Shown: positions 19,892 through 30,521, counted from the stretch's first letter. The stretch is 64,000 nucleotides of DNA from an uncultured Alphaproteobacteria bacterium (GCA_902619165.1 CACNDI010000013.1:1843-65842), one strand, 5' to 3'. The notes: generated from the sequence alone by a model not told the origin. Numbers and translations: made by a program.

Positions 19892-20923
19892 ATGAGTTTA
19901 TTTTTGAGATGTGTCACTGGTCAACCTGTTGAAAGACCACCAATATGGTTTATGCGTCAAGCTGGCCGATATCTAAGCGAGTATCGTAATACTAGAAAGC
20001 AAGCTGGCTCCTTCTTAGATCTTTGCTACAACTCTGAATTAGCTACTGAGGTTACTTTACAACCTATAGAAAGATTTGGATTTGATGCAGCTATTTTATT
20101 TGCTGATATTTTATTAATATTGGATGCTCTTGGCGTCAAGGTCCAGTTCATAGAAGGTCAAGGACCATTATTAGAGCCTGTCAAAAACAATAAAGATATT
20201 CAAAGAATTAGTAACTTAGGGAAGATACATCAAAAGCTTTTACCAGTATATGAAACGATAAAAAAATTAAAGAAGCAACTCCCTAAGGATATTCCCTTAA
20301 TAGGTTTTGCGGGCGCACCATGGACACTGGCAACTTACTTAATTAATGGAAAAGGGGAGCAGGGATCATTAACGGCCAAAAAGTTCTTAATTGAAAACAA
20401 TGAAGAGTTTGAAAAAATTATAAATTTATTAACAGATGCAACAATAGAATATTTGATCATGCAAATTAAATCAGGAGCCGATGTTATTAAGATTTTTGAT
20501 AGTTGGGCGGGTGCCCTAAATGCTGATATGGTGCTACGTTACTCTTTAAATCCAATAAAAAAAATAGTAAGTGATATAAAAAAGAAGTACCCTAATATAC
20601 CATTTATAGTATTTCCAAGATCTGTAAATACAATATATAGTAATTTTTCTAATGAGGAATGCTTTGATGTTCTGGCTGTTGATCAATTTTTAGACCGAAA
20701 GTGGGTTGCGAATGAAGTTCAACCTAAAAAGATTATTCAAGGAAACTTAGATCCTATTTTTTTAACTCAGAATAAAGAAATATTACTTCTTGAATTAAAG
20801 AACGTTACCGAGGATTTTAAAAACTACCCATATGTCTTTAATCTTGGTCATGGGATAACACCAGATGCTAAAGTAGAAAATGTGGAATTAGTAGTCAATT
20901 ACATTAAAGATATAAAATTCTAA
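19892..20923 (+). CDS. hemE: uroporphyrinogen decarboxylase
   Basis: MSLFLRCVTGQPVERPPIWFMRQAGRYLSEYR is the canonical HemE N-terminus. The track's upstream extension from 19850 is A/T-only low-complexity sequence and is rejected. Confidence 0.9.
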   Translation: MSLFLRCVTGQPVERPPIWFMRQAGRYLSEYRNTRKQAGSFLDLCYNSELATEVTLQPIERFGFDAAILFADILLILDALGVKVQFIEGQGPLLEPVKNNKDIQRISNLGKIHQKLLPVYETIKKLKKQLPKDIPLIGFAGAPWTLATYLINGKGEQGSLTAKKFLIENNEEFEKIINLLTDATIEYLIMQIKSGADVIKIFDSWAGALNADMVLRYSLNPIKKIVSDIKKKYPNIPFIVFPRSVNTIYSNFSNEECFDVLAVDQFLDRKWVANEVQPKKIIQGNLDPIFLTQNKEILLLELKNVTEDFKNYPYVFNLGHGITPDAKVENVELVVNYIKDIKF

Positions 20924-21023
20924 TTTAAAAATATTAACGCTACATAAATAATTGACAAATAGATACAAACAAGTTAAAAGTAATTCTTAAAACTCCCCAC
21001 TATTTTTCAAACCCTTAAGATTT

Positions 21024-22307
21024 ATGGTTGATGTTGATAACACAAAACAGCTATCTTTAGCAGAACTCAAAACTCAGAGTCCAAGCGATTTATTAAAGCT
21101 TGCCGAAAAGCTAGAAATTGAGAACGCATCATCGATGAGAAAAGGTGATATGATGTTTTCGATATTGAAAGATATGGCAGAGGACGGGGTAGAAATATCT
21201 GGTGATGGTGTATTAGAGGTTTTGCAAGATGGTTTTGGGTTTCTTAGATCAACTGATGCGAATTACTTGCCTGGTCCAGATGATATATATGTCAGTCCCA
21301 CTAAGATAAAAAAGTTTTCACTGAGAACAGGAGACACCGTGGAAGGTGTAATAAGAGCACCTAAAGAAGGGGAGAGGTACTTCGGATTAGTGAAGGTAAC
21401 GAAGATAAACTTTCTTGAAATGGAAAAGGCTAAGCATAAAATTCACTTTGATAATCTAACTCCGCTTTATCCAGACGAAAGAATAGGCTTGGAGTTAAAT
21501 GATCCAACAATAAAGGACAAATCAGCTCGAGTAATTGATTTAGTGGCCCCTATAGGTAAAGGCCAAAGATCATTAATTGTAGCCCCCCCTAGAACCGGAA
21601 AAACTGTAATATTGCAAAACATTGCACATTCAATAGAGAAAAACCATCCAGAGTGTTTTTTAATTGTTCTTTTAGTTGATGAACGACCAGAGGAAGTTAC
21701 AGATATGCAGAGATCAGTAAAAGGTGAGGTTATTTCTTCAACTTTTGATGAGCCAGCAACTAGACACGTAGCGGTTGCCGAGATGGTAATTGAAAAAGCA
21801 AAAAGACTGGTAGAGCATAAAAGAGATGTCGTGATACTACTTGACTCAATTACTAGATTAGGAAGAGCTTATAATACAGTTGTGCCTTCTTCTGGAAAAG
21901 TTTTAACAGGTGGAGTAGACGCGAATGCGTTACAAAGACCAAAAAGATTTTTTGGTGCCGCGAGAAATATAGAAGAGGGTGGTTCGTTAACTATCATAGC
22001 TACTGCGTTAATTGATACCGGTAGTAGAATGGATGAGGTAATATTTGAAGAATTCAAAGGCACAGGTAATTCAGAGCTAGTGTTAGACAGAAAAGTGGCT
22101 GATAAGAGAGTTTTTCCAGCTATCGATATATTAAAATCTGGTACAAGAAAAGAAGATCTCCTAATAGACAAAAAGGAACTGACAAAGATATTTGTTCTAA
22201 GGCGTATTCTTAACCCTATGGGAACAACAGATGCTGTAGAGTTTCTTTTAGAGAAGTTAAAACAAACAAAAACTAACAGTGACTTTTTTGATTCAATGAA
22301 TACCTAA
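21024..22307 (+). CDS. rho: transcription termination factor Rho
   Basis: [30 protein letters not shown], Walker [27 protein letters not shown] at 20952-20957 with TAAAAG 17 nt downstream is a possible promoter (weak). Confidence 0.95.
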   Translation: MVDVDNTKQLSLAELKTQSPSDLLKLAEKLEIENASSMRKGDMMFSILKDMAEDGVEISGDGVLEVLQDGFGFLRSTDANYLPGPDDIYVSPTKIKKFSLRTGDTVEGVIRAPKEGERYFGLVKVTKINFLEMEKAKHKIHFDNLTPLYPDERIGLELNDPTIKDKSARVIDLVAPIGKGQRSLIVAPPRTGKTVILQNIAHSIEKNHPECFLIVLLVDERPEEVTDMQRSVKGEVISSTFDEPATRHVAVAEMVIEKAKRLVEHKRDVVILLDSITRLGRAYNTVVPSSGKVLTGGVDANALQRPKRFFGAARNIEEGGSLTIIATALIDTGSRMDEVIFEEFKGTGNSELVLDRKVADKRVFPAIDILKSGTRKEDLLIDKKELTKIFVLRRILNPMGTTDAVEFLLEKLKQTKTNSDFFDSMNT

Positions 22308-22315
22308 TACAAGAT

Positions 22316-23614
22316 ATGAAAGATACGATTTTTGCTCTTTCTACTGTGCCTGGGCTTTCAGCTATATCAGTATTTAGAATATCAGGACCTAATGCTTTTC
22401 TTGTCTTGAAGAAGATAACAAAAGCAACAGTCCCTGAAAATAGGCTGGCGTCTCTGAGAACTATTTTTTGGGAGGGAGAGATAATCGATAAATGTATCGT
22501 TATTGCGTTCAATAAAAATGGCAGTTACTCGGGAGAGAAAACTGTAGAGATCCATTGCCACGGCAGTATTGCTATAATCAATAAACTAGCTTCAATTTTA
22601 ACTCAATGTGGATCTAAACTAAATATAAGACCCGCAGAGGAGGGAGAATTTACAAGGCAAGCTTTTTATAACGGGAAAATGGACCTAATTCAGGTGGAAG
22701 GATTATCTGATTTATTGAGAGCAGAGACGGAAGCTCAAAGAAAAATATCGTTCGCTTCACTCGATGGTGTAATGTCAAAGAAAGTTGGCGAATGGAAGTC
22801 AAAAATCATGTCTATTTTAGCGTTTTTAGAAGCAGACATTGATTTTAATGATCAGGATATAGGTGAAGTAGAGGTCTTAAATATGATCTCAGGCCTTTTA
22901 GAGTTGCTTAAGAGGGAGCTAGACAACTTCAGAGGTGTTAAATCTATAAAGGAAGGGTTAAATATAGCTATAATTGGGCCGCCAAACGTAGGAAAATCAA
23001 CTTTAATTAATCATCTATCAAGAAGGGATGTTTCTCTCACTTCGAGGATAGCTGGTACAACACGAGATATAATTGAGTCTAAAGTTCAAATTAATGGGAT
23101 TTTTGTGACTTTTTTAGATACTGCAGGTCTAAGGGAAACAAACGATATAATTGAAAAAAAAGGAATTACAGCACTTAAAAAACGCCTGAGAGATGTTGTT
23201 TTAAAGGTATTTTTAGTAAATAAGGAATCTGACCTAAAGACTATTGGTGTAAAAGTCGGCTCCGATGACCTCGTTTTTAAGGCTAAAGCTGATAGAGGAA
23301 ATAATACGAGGTTCAAAGGTATTTCAGGCAAAACGGGTTTGGGAATAAAAGAAGCTATTGGTCTAATAGAAAAGAAGTTACCAAGATTTTATGTTAGTGA
23401 TGGGGTAATAGCTACATATAGACAACAGTTAAAAATTAATAATTTAGTGAACCTTCTGTCGGATTTGACATTCAACATAAATGATGGCCTGGATGCTGAG
23501 CTTCTTGCGGAAAAAGCGAGGGATTGTTTAAAAATAATAGAGGAGTTGACTGGGAGAATAGACACTGAGGAAGTTTTGGGTATTATATTCAAGAGTTTTT
23601 GTATAGGGAAGTAA
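22316..23614 (+). CDS. mnmE: tRNA modification GTPase MnmE
   Basis: [23 protein letters not shown]-domain [12 protein letters not shown] and DTAGLRE, C-terminal FCIGK. Confidence 0.95.
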   Translation: MKDTIFALSTVPGLSAISVFRISGPNAFLVLKKITKATVPENRLASLRTIFWEGEIIDKCIVIAFNKNGSYSGEKTVEIHCHGSIAIINKLASILTQCGSKLNIRPAEEGEFTRQAFYNGKMDLIQVEGLSDLLRAETEAQRKISFASLDGVMSKKVGEWKSKIMSILAFLEADIDFNDQDIGEVEVLNMISGLLELLKRELDNFRGVKSIKEGLNIAIIGPPNVGKSTLINHLSRRDVSLTSRIAGTTRDIIESKVQINGIFVTFLDTAGLRETNDIIEKKGITALKKRLRDVVLKVFLVNKESDLKTIGVKVGSDDLVFKAKADRGNNTRFKGISGKTGLGIKEAIGLIEKKLPRFYVSDGVIATYRQQLKINNLVNLLSDLTFNINDGLDAELLAEKARDCLKIIEELTGRIDTEEVLGIIFKSFCIGK

Positions 23615-23629
23615 GTTTCACGTGAAACA
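23614..23629. promoter_or_regulatory. parS: parS centromere site (15/16 match to TGTTTCACGTGAAACA)
   Basis: AGTTTCACGTGAAACA has a perfect 14-bp palindromic core. It spans the last base of the mnmE stop codon and the GTG start of mnmG (23622-23624). Confidence 0.8.
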
Positions 23630-25481
23630 TTTATTTGATGTAATTGTTATTGGTGGTGGACATGCGGGCTCAGAAGCTGCTTATGCGGTAGCACGAGCAG
23701 GGGGGAGTGTGGCACTGGTTACCAAAAAAAGAGACCAGATAGGAGTAATGTCATGTAATCCTGCTATAGGTGGGTTGGGAAAAGGCCATTTGGTGCGAGA
23801 GATAGATGCCTTGGGTGGTCTCATGGGTGTTTCCGCAGATTTATCAGGGATCCAATTTCGGTTACTTAATAGGTCTAAAGGCCCGGCTGTTCAAGGCCCC
23901 AGAACACAATCAGACAGAGGTATTTACAGACAAGCTGTACAAAATATTTTATCCTCTGAGGAAAACATTACGATTATTGAGGGTGAGGTAGTTGATATAC
24001 ATATTAAAAACAGTACAGCAAAAGGCGTAGAGTTAGAAGGTGGTGAAAAGATTGGGGCAGGTAGTATAATACTAACCACTGGGACTTTTTTAAATGGCTT
24101 GATAAGAGTTGGAGAACAAAAAATCGCGGCTGGACGGATAGGAGATTTCGCATCTAATAGGTTAGCAAAAAAAATAAGGGGGATAGGGTTAAACACGGGA
24201 AGACTAAAAACAGGTACCCCAGCGAGACTTTCATCTAAAACTATAAATTGGAATGTGATCGGTAGCCAGAAACCAGATGAAAAACCGACGCTGTTTTCTT
24301 TTCTACATAAAAAACCTTTTCAAAGGCAAATTAGTTGTGGAATAACATACACAAATAAAAATACGCACGAGATAATACGTGAAAACATTGAAAAATCAGC
24401 CATATTTAATGGGTCAATAACTTCAAATGGACCAAGATATTGTCCATCAATTGAAGATAAGGTCATAAGATTTTCAAATAAAGATGAACACCAAGTTTTC
24501 TTGGAGCCGGAGGGCCTAGGGGACGACACAATTTATCCTAATGGTATCTCAACTTCTTTACCCAGAGATACTCAGGAAAGGTATATAAAATCTATAAAAG
24601 GTTTAGAAAATGTAAAAATACTGAATTATGGCTATGCTGTAGAGTACGACTACGTAAACCCCAAAAGTCTAAAAACATCTTTAGAATTGAAGAGCATCAA
24701 CGGTCTTTTTTTAGCTGGACAAATTAATGGTACCACCGGCTACGAGGAAGCAGCTGCTCAAGGGTTGATTGCTGGCATCAATGCGTATCAATATGTAAAG
24801 AAAGAAGATTCATTTATTTTAGATAGATCAGAGGCCTATATCGGTGTGATGATTGATGATTTGGTTACAAGAGGTGTTATTGAGCCCTATAGAATGTTTA
24901 CATCTAGAGCGGAGTTTAGACTGAGTTTAAGGTGCGATAACGCCGACATTAGACTTACTGAGAAGGGCTACAAGATTAAAGTTGTATCAGATAATAGAAT
25001 GAGGTTAGTGAACAAAAAAATAAAGTCAATAAATGAACTTACTGCATCAGCTAAATCATTAACATATTCTAACAGAGAATTAGAAGATAGGGGTATAAGT
25101 CAGAAAAAAGATGGTAAAAAGAGATCTTTTCACCATGTGTTATCACTTAATGGGGTTTCAAGCGAAATTTTGCGAGGTTTGTGGGAAGGTTTTTTTGATT
25201 TTGAGTTAGATGTTCGTGAGTTTGTACGAGCAGATGCTAAATATAATTACTATATTCAAAGACAAAAAAGCGATGTAGATAAAATGCGGAAAAATATTAA
25301 TACTGCTATCCCAAAAGATATTGACTTTAAAAAAATAGACGGGCTGTCATCAGAATTAAAAGTCAAGTTGAGCGAAACAAAACCCCAACACATTCATGAA
25401 GCAAGTAAAATAGACGGGATGACACCTAGTGGATTAATGTTACTAATATCAAAAATTAATTCTTATAAGAAGATAGCTTGA
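23622..25481 (+). CDS. mnmG: tRNA uridine 5-carboxymethylaminomethyl modification enzyme MnmG (GidA)
   Basis: [16 protein letters not shown] (FAD motif), [37 protein letters not shown] start lies inside parS. Confidence 0.95.
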   Translation: MKHLFDVIVIGGGHAGSEAAYAVARAGGSVALVTKKRDQIGVMSCNPAIGGLGKGHLVREIDALGGLMGVSADLSGIQFRLLNRSKGPAVQGPRTQSDRGIYRQAVQNILSSEENITIIEGEVVDIHIKNSTAKGVELEGGEKIGAGSIILTTGTFLNGLIRVGEQKIAAGRIGDFASNRLAKKIRGIGLNTGRLKTGTPARLSSKTINWNVIGSQKPDEKPTLFSFLHKKPFQRQISCGITYTNKNTHEIIRENIEKSAIFNGSITSNGPRYCPSIEDKVIRFSNKDEHQVFLEPEGLGDDTIYPNGISTSLPRDTQERYIKSIKGLENVKILNYGYAVEYDYVNPKSLKTSLELKSINGLFLAGQINGTTGYEEAAAQGLIAGINAYQYVKKEDSFILDRSEAYIGVMIDDLVTRGVIEPYRMFTSRAEFRLSLRCDNADIRLTEKGYKIKVVSDNRMRLVNKKIKSINELTASAKSLTYSNRELEDRGISQKKDGKKRSFHHVLSLNGVSSEILRGLWEGFFDFELDVREFVRADAKYNYYIQRQKSDVDKMRKNINTAIPKDIDFKKIDGLSSELKVKLSETKPQHIHEASKIDGMTPSGLMLLISKINSYKKIA

Positions 25482-26098
25482 AAAAGAACGAATTTGTTAA
25501 AAGTCTGAATGTTTCACGTGAAACAGTTAACGGTTTTTATGAATACAAGAACTTGCTGTCTAAATGGAATGAGAAAATAAACCTTGTTTCAAAAAACACA
25601 TTGGTGGACATATGGGAAAGACATTTTTTAGACTCCGGTCAAATTATAAAACACGTGGAGGCATCAGGAAAGAGATGGGTGGATGTGGGCTCTGGAGCTG
25701 GTTTCCCTGGATTGGTAATTGCTCTGTTGCTAAGAGATAGAAAAATAGACTGTGCTCTAGTTTTAGTGGAAAAAAACCCAAAAAAATGTTTTTTCCTTAA
25801 AGAGGTTATTCGAAAACTCAATCTGACAGTTGAAGTCGTCAACGATAACATATACACCTTAGAACCCTTGAATGCTGATATCTTAACAGCGAGAGCATTT
25901 TCAGAACTAAACAATTTAATTGAAATATCATTCCGTCATCGAAAAAAGGGGGGAATATGTTTATTTCTGAAGGGTGAAAACTATAGGATCGAATTAGATA
26001 AAGCTTTAAATTATTGGTTTTTTGATTATGATATTGTTGATAGCTTAAGCAGTTCGTCTGGAAAGATAATCGGAGTGAAAAAAATTTTTAAACGATAA
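25478..26098 (+). CDS. rsmG: 16S rRNA (guanine527-N7)-methyltransferase RsmG (GidB)
   Basis: [28 protein letters not shown] and [17 protein letters not shown] start overlaps the mnmG stop (TTGA). Confidence 0.9.
   Translation: MKKNEFVKSLNVSRETVNGFYEYKNLLSKWNEKINLVSKNTLVDIWERHFLDSGQIIKHVEASGKRWVDVGSGAGFPGLVIALLLRDRKIDCALVLVEKNPKKCFFLKEVIRKLNLTVEVVNDNIYTLEPLNADILTARAFSELNNLIEISFRHRKKGGICLFLKGENYRIELDKALNYWFFDYDIVDSLSSSSGKIIGVKKIFKR
25510..25525. promoter_or_regulatory. parS: parS centromere site (perfect 16/16 consensus palindrome)
   Basis: TGTTTCACGTGAAACA lies inside rsmG, where it encodes the conserved N-V-S-R-E-T segment. Confidence 0.85.
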
Positions 26099-26109
26099 AG
26101 GGGAACCAA

Positions 26110-26913
26110 ATCTCTAGTCCTTCAGTTATATCTATTGCCAATCAAAAAGGTGGAGTAGGTAAAACAACTACCGCAATAAATTTATCTACAGCGCTTGCTG
26201 CTGTGAATAATAAAGTGTTGATCATGGATTTAGATGCTCAAGGAAATGCATCAACTGGCTTAGGTGTTCCTAAAGATGAAAGAGAAAAATCCACTTATGA
26301 TTTGCTGACTGGCAAAGCGAGTTTAAAGGAAGTAGTGAAGAAAACTAATATACCATCTCTTTTTATTGCTCCTGCATCAACAGATTTATCGTCAATTGAT
26401 GTTGATCTATCTGAAGAAAAGGGAAGGGTTGTTAAGCTTCGTGATTTGCTAACAAAAGAGATTTTTGATTTTGACTATATTTTAATTGACTGTCCACCTT
26501 CACTTAATCTATTGACTATAAACTCAATGGTAGCATCAAATTCTGTGCTAGTTCCGTTACAGGCAGAGTTTTTTGCGCTTGAGGGATTAAGTCAATTGCT
26601 ATTGACAGTACGGGACATTAGATCGAAAATTAACCAAGACCTGAAGATTCACGGCATTGTGTTAACCATGTTTGACAAAAGAAATAATTTGTCAGAACAG
26701 ATAGAGGAAGACGTAAGAGGAAATCTTGGAGAGCTGGTCTACGATACAGTTATACCTAGAAATGTCAGAGTCAGTGAGGCTCCTTCGTTTTCGATGCCTG
26801 CTCTAATATACGATCATAAATGCTCAGGTGCTATTGCGTATCAAAAATTAGCAGCAGAGTTTTTAAAGAGGGAAGATCGCTTTGAAAGAAGGAAAAATGA
26901 GTTCAAAAAGTGA
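26110..26913 (+). CDS. parA: chromosome partitioning ATPase ParA (Soj); start codon non-canonical or damaged
   Basis: The deviant Walker A ISIANQKGGVGKTTTAINL is encoded at 26128-26184. That is upstream of the track's GTG start (26203) and downstream of an in-frame TAA (26089-26091). No ATG, GTG, TTG or CTG lies in between. ATC at 26110 sits 6 nt after AAGGGG (26098-26103). The rest of the protein is typical ParA (DLDAQGNAS, LIDCPPSLNLLT). Confidence 0.85.
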   Translation: MSSPSVISIANQKGGVGKTTTAINLSTALAAVNNKVLIMDLDAQGNASTGLGVPKDEREKSTYDLLTGKASLKEVVKKTNIPSLFIAPASTDLSSIDVDLSEEKGRVVKLRDLLTKEIFDFDYILIDCPPSLNLLTINSMVASNSVLVPLQAEFFALEGLSQLLLTVRDIRSKINQDLKIHGIVLTMFDKRNNLSEQIEEDVRGNLGELVYDTVIPRNVRVSEAPSFSMPALIYDHKCSGAIAYQKLAAEFLKREDRFERRKNEFKK

Positions 26914-27802
26914 ACGAAAAAAAGGTTTGGGAAGAGGGCTTTCATCCTTTTTAGATGTTGACGGCTTTGATGACATAGTGGAAAAGAAAAAAGATGAAGA
27001 CAAGGGTAAAGGCACTTTTAATAACTTAAGTTATCTGCCAATAGAGCACCTTGTTCCAAATCTTAATCAACCTCGAAAAGATTTTTCAACCGATGAACTA
27101 AACAGTCTAGCTTCTTCAATAGAAGAAACAGGAATAATACAACCTATCCTTGTAAGGAAAAACAATGATATTTACGAGATAGTAGCTGGTGAAAGGCGCT
27201 GGAGAGCTGCGCAAATCGCAAAAATTCATGAAGTTCCGGTTTTAATAAGGGAGTTAACTGACGAAGAAGTCGTAAAAATTTCCATTATTGAAAATATTCA
27301 AAGAGTAGATTTAAATCCAATTGAGGAAGCTGATTCTTATAAACAGCTAATACAAGATTTTGGTTATACTCAAGAGAAAGTTTCAGCATCGCTAGGAAAA
27401 TCAAGAAGTTATATTGCAAATTCTTTGAGACTACTGTCACTACCAGAAAGCATAATTATATTTTTAAAAGAAGGTAAATTGACGAGTGGACATGCAAGAG
27501 CTCTTGTAGGAGTAAAAAACTCAGAGTTCTTAGCAAGGAAAATAATTGAAGAGAAATTATCGGTAAGGGATATAGAAAATATTGTAAAAAAAGGACTATC
27601 CCAACATGATAATATCATTAGAAAAGAGACATTTCTTAAAAAAGATGTTGATACTCTTAATTTAGAACAGGATCTTAAATTAGCACTAGGTTTAAAAACA
27701 AGTATAGATCACAATGAAAATTCCGGGGGAGGACGTATCGTTATCAAATACAAAGACTTAGAACAATTAGATATATTTTGTTCAAAAATAATGAAGATCT
27801 GA
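26897..27802 (+). CDS. parB: chromosome partitioning protein ParB (Spo0J)
   Basis: KKGLGRGLSSFL, IEHLVPNLNQPRKDF, GIIQPILVR and AGERRWRAAQIA (ParB box). ATG at 26897 overlaps the parA 3' end by 17 nt. Confidence 0.9.
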   Translation: MSSKSERKKGLGRGLSSFLDVDGFDDIVEKKKDEDKGKGTFNNLSYLPIEHLVPNLNQPRKDFSTDELNSLASSIEETGIIQPILVRKNNDIYEIVAGERRWRAAQIAKIHEVPVLIRELTDEEVVKISIIENIQRVDLNPIEEADSYKQLIQDFGYTQEKVSASLGKSRSYIANSLRLLSLPESIIIFLKEGKLTSGHARALVGVKNSEFLARKIIEEKLSVRDIENIVKKGLSQHDNIIRKETFLKKDVDTLNLEQDLKLALGLKTSIDHNENSGGGRIVIKYKDLEQLDIFCSKIMKI

Positions 27803-27806
27803 ATTT

Positions 27807-28946
27807 TTAGAAGCACTCTAATAATGACCTAGCAATGTAATCCAACATTTTTTTACCTCTCTTTCTAATAACAATTTCATTGTCTTTGGTTTTTATTAAT
27901 TTGTTCCCTTCTAGATGGAATACTACGGGGTTGAGTTTTTTATAGTCAAAAATGGAAATCGGTATGTTTTTGGATATTCTTAGATTCATTATTAATTTTT
28001 CTTCCAATACAACTTTATTTTCTATTGGGGTTATCTCTGGTGTACTTGAATTTAAGGAAACTGTTTTTTCAAACCAAATATCAGGGTTCTTTTCTTCTTC
28101 TGTTGCATAACTTTTTCCTGATATTGTTACCCGACCGTGTGCGCCTGGACCAACACCAATATAATCATTATACTTCCAGTACGAAACATTATGCTTGCAC
28201 TTAAAGCCTTTTCTGGCAAAATTTGACGTTTCATATTGCTTATAACCACCATCTTTACAAAGTTGCCTCGTGATATCAAACATATCAGAAACCATTTTTT
28301 GTGTTGGTAAACCTTTCAATAAATCTCTTTTGAAGAGCTTATGGAAATTTGTGTTTTCTTCTATTGTAAGTTGATAGAGAGAAAGGTGCGGTGCTTCTAG
28401 GGAAAGAATTTGTAGAAGCTCATCCCTCCACTCGTTGGTACTTTGATGTTGCCTGCCATAAATAAAGTCTAAGTTATAATTGTTGAACCAAGTGCTAATG
28501 ATTTCTATAGCTTCAATAGCTTGATTTTTATTATGATCGCGTCCTAATTTTTTCAAATCAATATTATTTAGAGCTTGAACTCCCACTGATACCCTATTAA
28601 TACCGATTTCCCTAAATTTTTTAAATTTACTTTCAGATACACTGTTTGGATTGGCCTCGACAGTAATCTCACAATTATCATTAATACTCCATAGGCTATC
28701 GATTTTTTGTAATACCATTTGCACAAAATTAAGATCAAGAAGACTAGGTGTTCCTCCACCAAAAAAAATGGACTTAATTTCTCTTTTAGCAAGTCTAGAA
28801 GACCATAATTCTAATGCTCTTAAATAGGCCTTTAACCAACGAGACTGATTAGTATTTTCTCTTTTGTATGAATTAAAATCGCAATAAGGACACTTTATTT
28901 TACAAAATGGCCAATGTATATATAAGGCTAGCGAAGATTCTTCCAT
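27807..28946 (-). CDS. hemW: radical SAM heme chaperone HemW (HemN-like, oxygen-independent coproporphyrinogen oxidase family)
   Basis: LYIHWPFCKIKCPYCDFNSY radical-SAM CxxxCxxC cluster and FFGGGTPSLL. Confidence 0.85.
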   Translation of the reverse strand: MEESSLALYIHWPFCKIKCPYCDFNSYKRENTNQSRWLKAYLRALELWSSRLAKREIKSIFFGGGTPSLLDLNFVQMVLQKIDSLWSINDNCEITVEANPNSVSESKFKKFREIGINRVSVGVQALNNIDLKKLGRDHNKNQAIEAIEIISTWFNNYNLDFIYGRQHQSTNEWRDELLQILSLEAPHLSLYQLTIEENTNFHKLFKRDLLKGLPTQKMVSDMFDITRQLCKDGGYKQYETSNFARKGFKCKHNVSYWKYNDYIGVGPGAHGRVTISGKSYATEEEKNPDIWFEKTVSLNSSTPEITPIENKVVLEEKLIMNLRISKNIPISIFDYKKLNPVVFHLEGNKLIKTKDNEIVIRKRGKKMLDYIARSLLECF

Positions 28947-28947
28947 T

Positions 28948-29559
28948 TCAAAAACAAGAATACAATAGATTATTCACAGCTAATCCTCTGTGACTTATCT
29001 TATTTTTTTTCCACCTATCCATCTGTCCAAAAGTTTCATCGTATCCATTTGGTAGAAAAATCGGATCATACCCGTGACCTTTTTCACCTTTACCAGGCCA
29101 GATTATTTTACCATATATTTTACCCTCAAACTTCTCGAAATGATTATCTGGCCAATATAAAATTAAAGAGCAAATAAAATACGCGGTGCAAGGCCCCTGA
29201 AATCTCTTTTTCTCAATTTCCCTTACAAGCTTATTGGTTGCGAACTTAAAGTCCCTCGATCCATCACTCTTAATCGCCCAATTTGCTGAGTAAATGCCCG
29301 GTGCGCCATTTAAAATGTCAACGCATAGCCCACTGTCATCTGCTAAGCTCACTAGACCAGTCAATTTTGTCGCTTCTCTCGCCTTTATTAAAGAATTCTC
29401 CCAAAATGATCCCCCAGTCTCTTCGGGCGTTTTTCCAGAATATTGGCCTATGTCCGTAATGTTGAAGTTAACTTTGCCAAACAAATGTTTGAACTCTTCT
29501 ATCTTTCCAAAATTGTGGGTCGCTAAAACTAAATCCTTTTCTTGAAATTTTCTATTCAT
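28948..29559 (-). CDS. rdgB: non-canonical purine NTP pyrophosphatase (RdgB/HAM1 family)
   Basis: LVLATHNFGKIEEF, ADDSGLCVDILNGAPGIYSA, GHGYDPIF and ISHRGLA. Confidence 0.9.
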   Translation of the reverse strand: MNRKFQEKDLVLATHNFGKIEEFKHLFGKVNFNITDIGQYSGKTPEETGGSFWENSLIKAREATKLTGLVSLADDSGLCVDILNGAPGIYSANWAIKSDGSRDFKFATNKLVREIEKKRFQGPCTAYFICSLILYWPDNHFEKFEGKIYGKIIWPGKGEKGHGYDPIFLPNGYDETFGQMDRWKKNKISHRGLAVNNLLYSCF

Positions 29560-30259
29560 TTAAAGCTGATTTCTGTATTTCAACTATTTTTTTTATTCCT
29601 TCTGAAGCCATAGAAAACATAATTTCGAATTCCTTTTTTGAAAATGGTTTTTTTTCAGCAGAGCATTGGATTTCAATTAATTCTCCTTTATCGTCCATAA
29701 CAAAATTAGCATCAGTCTCCGCTGCACTATCTTCTTGATAATTAAGGTCCAGTTTTTGTTCTCCATCGACAATCCCACATGATATCGCCGCAACATGCCG
29801 AATAATAGGATCAAACTTTATCTGTCCACTCCTTTTCAAGCTGTTGGTGGCTAGTTTCAGTGCAACCCAACCTCCACAGATTGACGCACATCTGGTGCCA
29901 CCGTCAGCTTGGATAACATCACAATCAATTATTATTTGTCTCTCGCCTAGCACAACTCTGTCAACAGCCACCCTTAAACTTCTTCCGATCAATCTTTGAA
30001 TCTCTTGTGTTCTACCACTTTGGCCAACTTGTTTAGCTTCCCTTCTCATCCTTTCATTTGTAGAACCCGGTAACATTCCGTACTCTGCTGTCACCCACCC
30101 CAAACCGCTTTTTCTTAGGAAAGGAGGAACAGATTCTTCAATGGTTGCTTTACAAATGACAATAGTGTTTCCAAATTTTATTAGACAGGAATTTTCTACG
30201 TTCGTTAACAAATCAAAAGATATTGAAACATTTCTCATCTCATAACCTAACGGTCCCAT
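29552..30259 (-). CDS. rph: ribonuclease PH
   Basis: GWVTAEYGMLPGSTNERMRREA, GRTQEIQRLIGRSLR and DCDVIQADGGTRCASI. Confidence 0.9.
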   Translation of the reverse strand: MGPLGYEMRNVSISFDLLTNVENSCLIKFGNTIVICKATIEESVPPFLRKSGLGWVTAEYGMLPGSTNERMRREAKQVGQSGRTQEIQRLIGRSLRVAVDRVVLGERQIIIDCDVIQADGGTRCASICGGWVALKLATNSLKRSGQIKFDPIIRHVAAISCGIVDGEQKLDLNYQEDSAAETDANFVMDDKGELIEIQCSAEKKPFSKKEFEIMFSMASEGIKKIVEIQKSALNE

Positions 30260-30373
30260 TTCTTTACCAGTAAGCTGTTCACTTTATGCATTCATAAAAA
30301 ATTATTCATATAAATAAAGCAAGTTTAAAATTTGAAAACAAAAGGAAAAATTTAAATTTTTACTTTTACACGC

Positions 30374-30409
30374 CTTTAAATTCTTTAAATTTACACTTAT
30401 ATCTTATAT
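30374..30409 (+). promoter_or_regulatory. weak candidate sigma-32-like promoter(s) upstream of grpE
   Basis: Tandem CTTTAAAT (30374 and 30383) and tandem CTTATAT (30396 and 30403). CTTT-N18-CTTATAT or CTTT-N16-CTTATAT approximates the alphaproteobacterial RpoH consensus CTTG-N17-CYTATNT, with a T in place of the G. Confidence 0.25.
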
Positions 30410-30521
30410 ACAGAATTGCAATTTTTATTAATTACCATGAATAAAAGAATGATGATGAAAATTATAACGCTGCTATATTTTATCAGCCGAAAGTACACTG
30501 AAGAACGGAAAGGTCATTAAA

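Noticed and set aside
30437-30520. 27-codon upstream ORF (MNKRMMMKIITLLYFISRKYTEERKGH) ending 1 nt before the grpE ATG
   Set aside because: No Shine-Dalgarno precedes its ATG. grpE has its own GGAAAGG ribosome-binding site inside the uORF's 3' end. Short ORFs like this are expected by chance in A/T-rich leaders.
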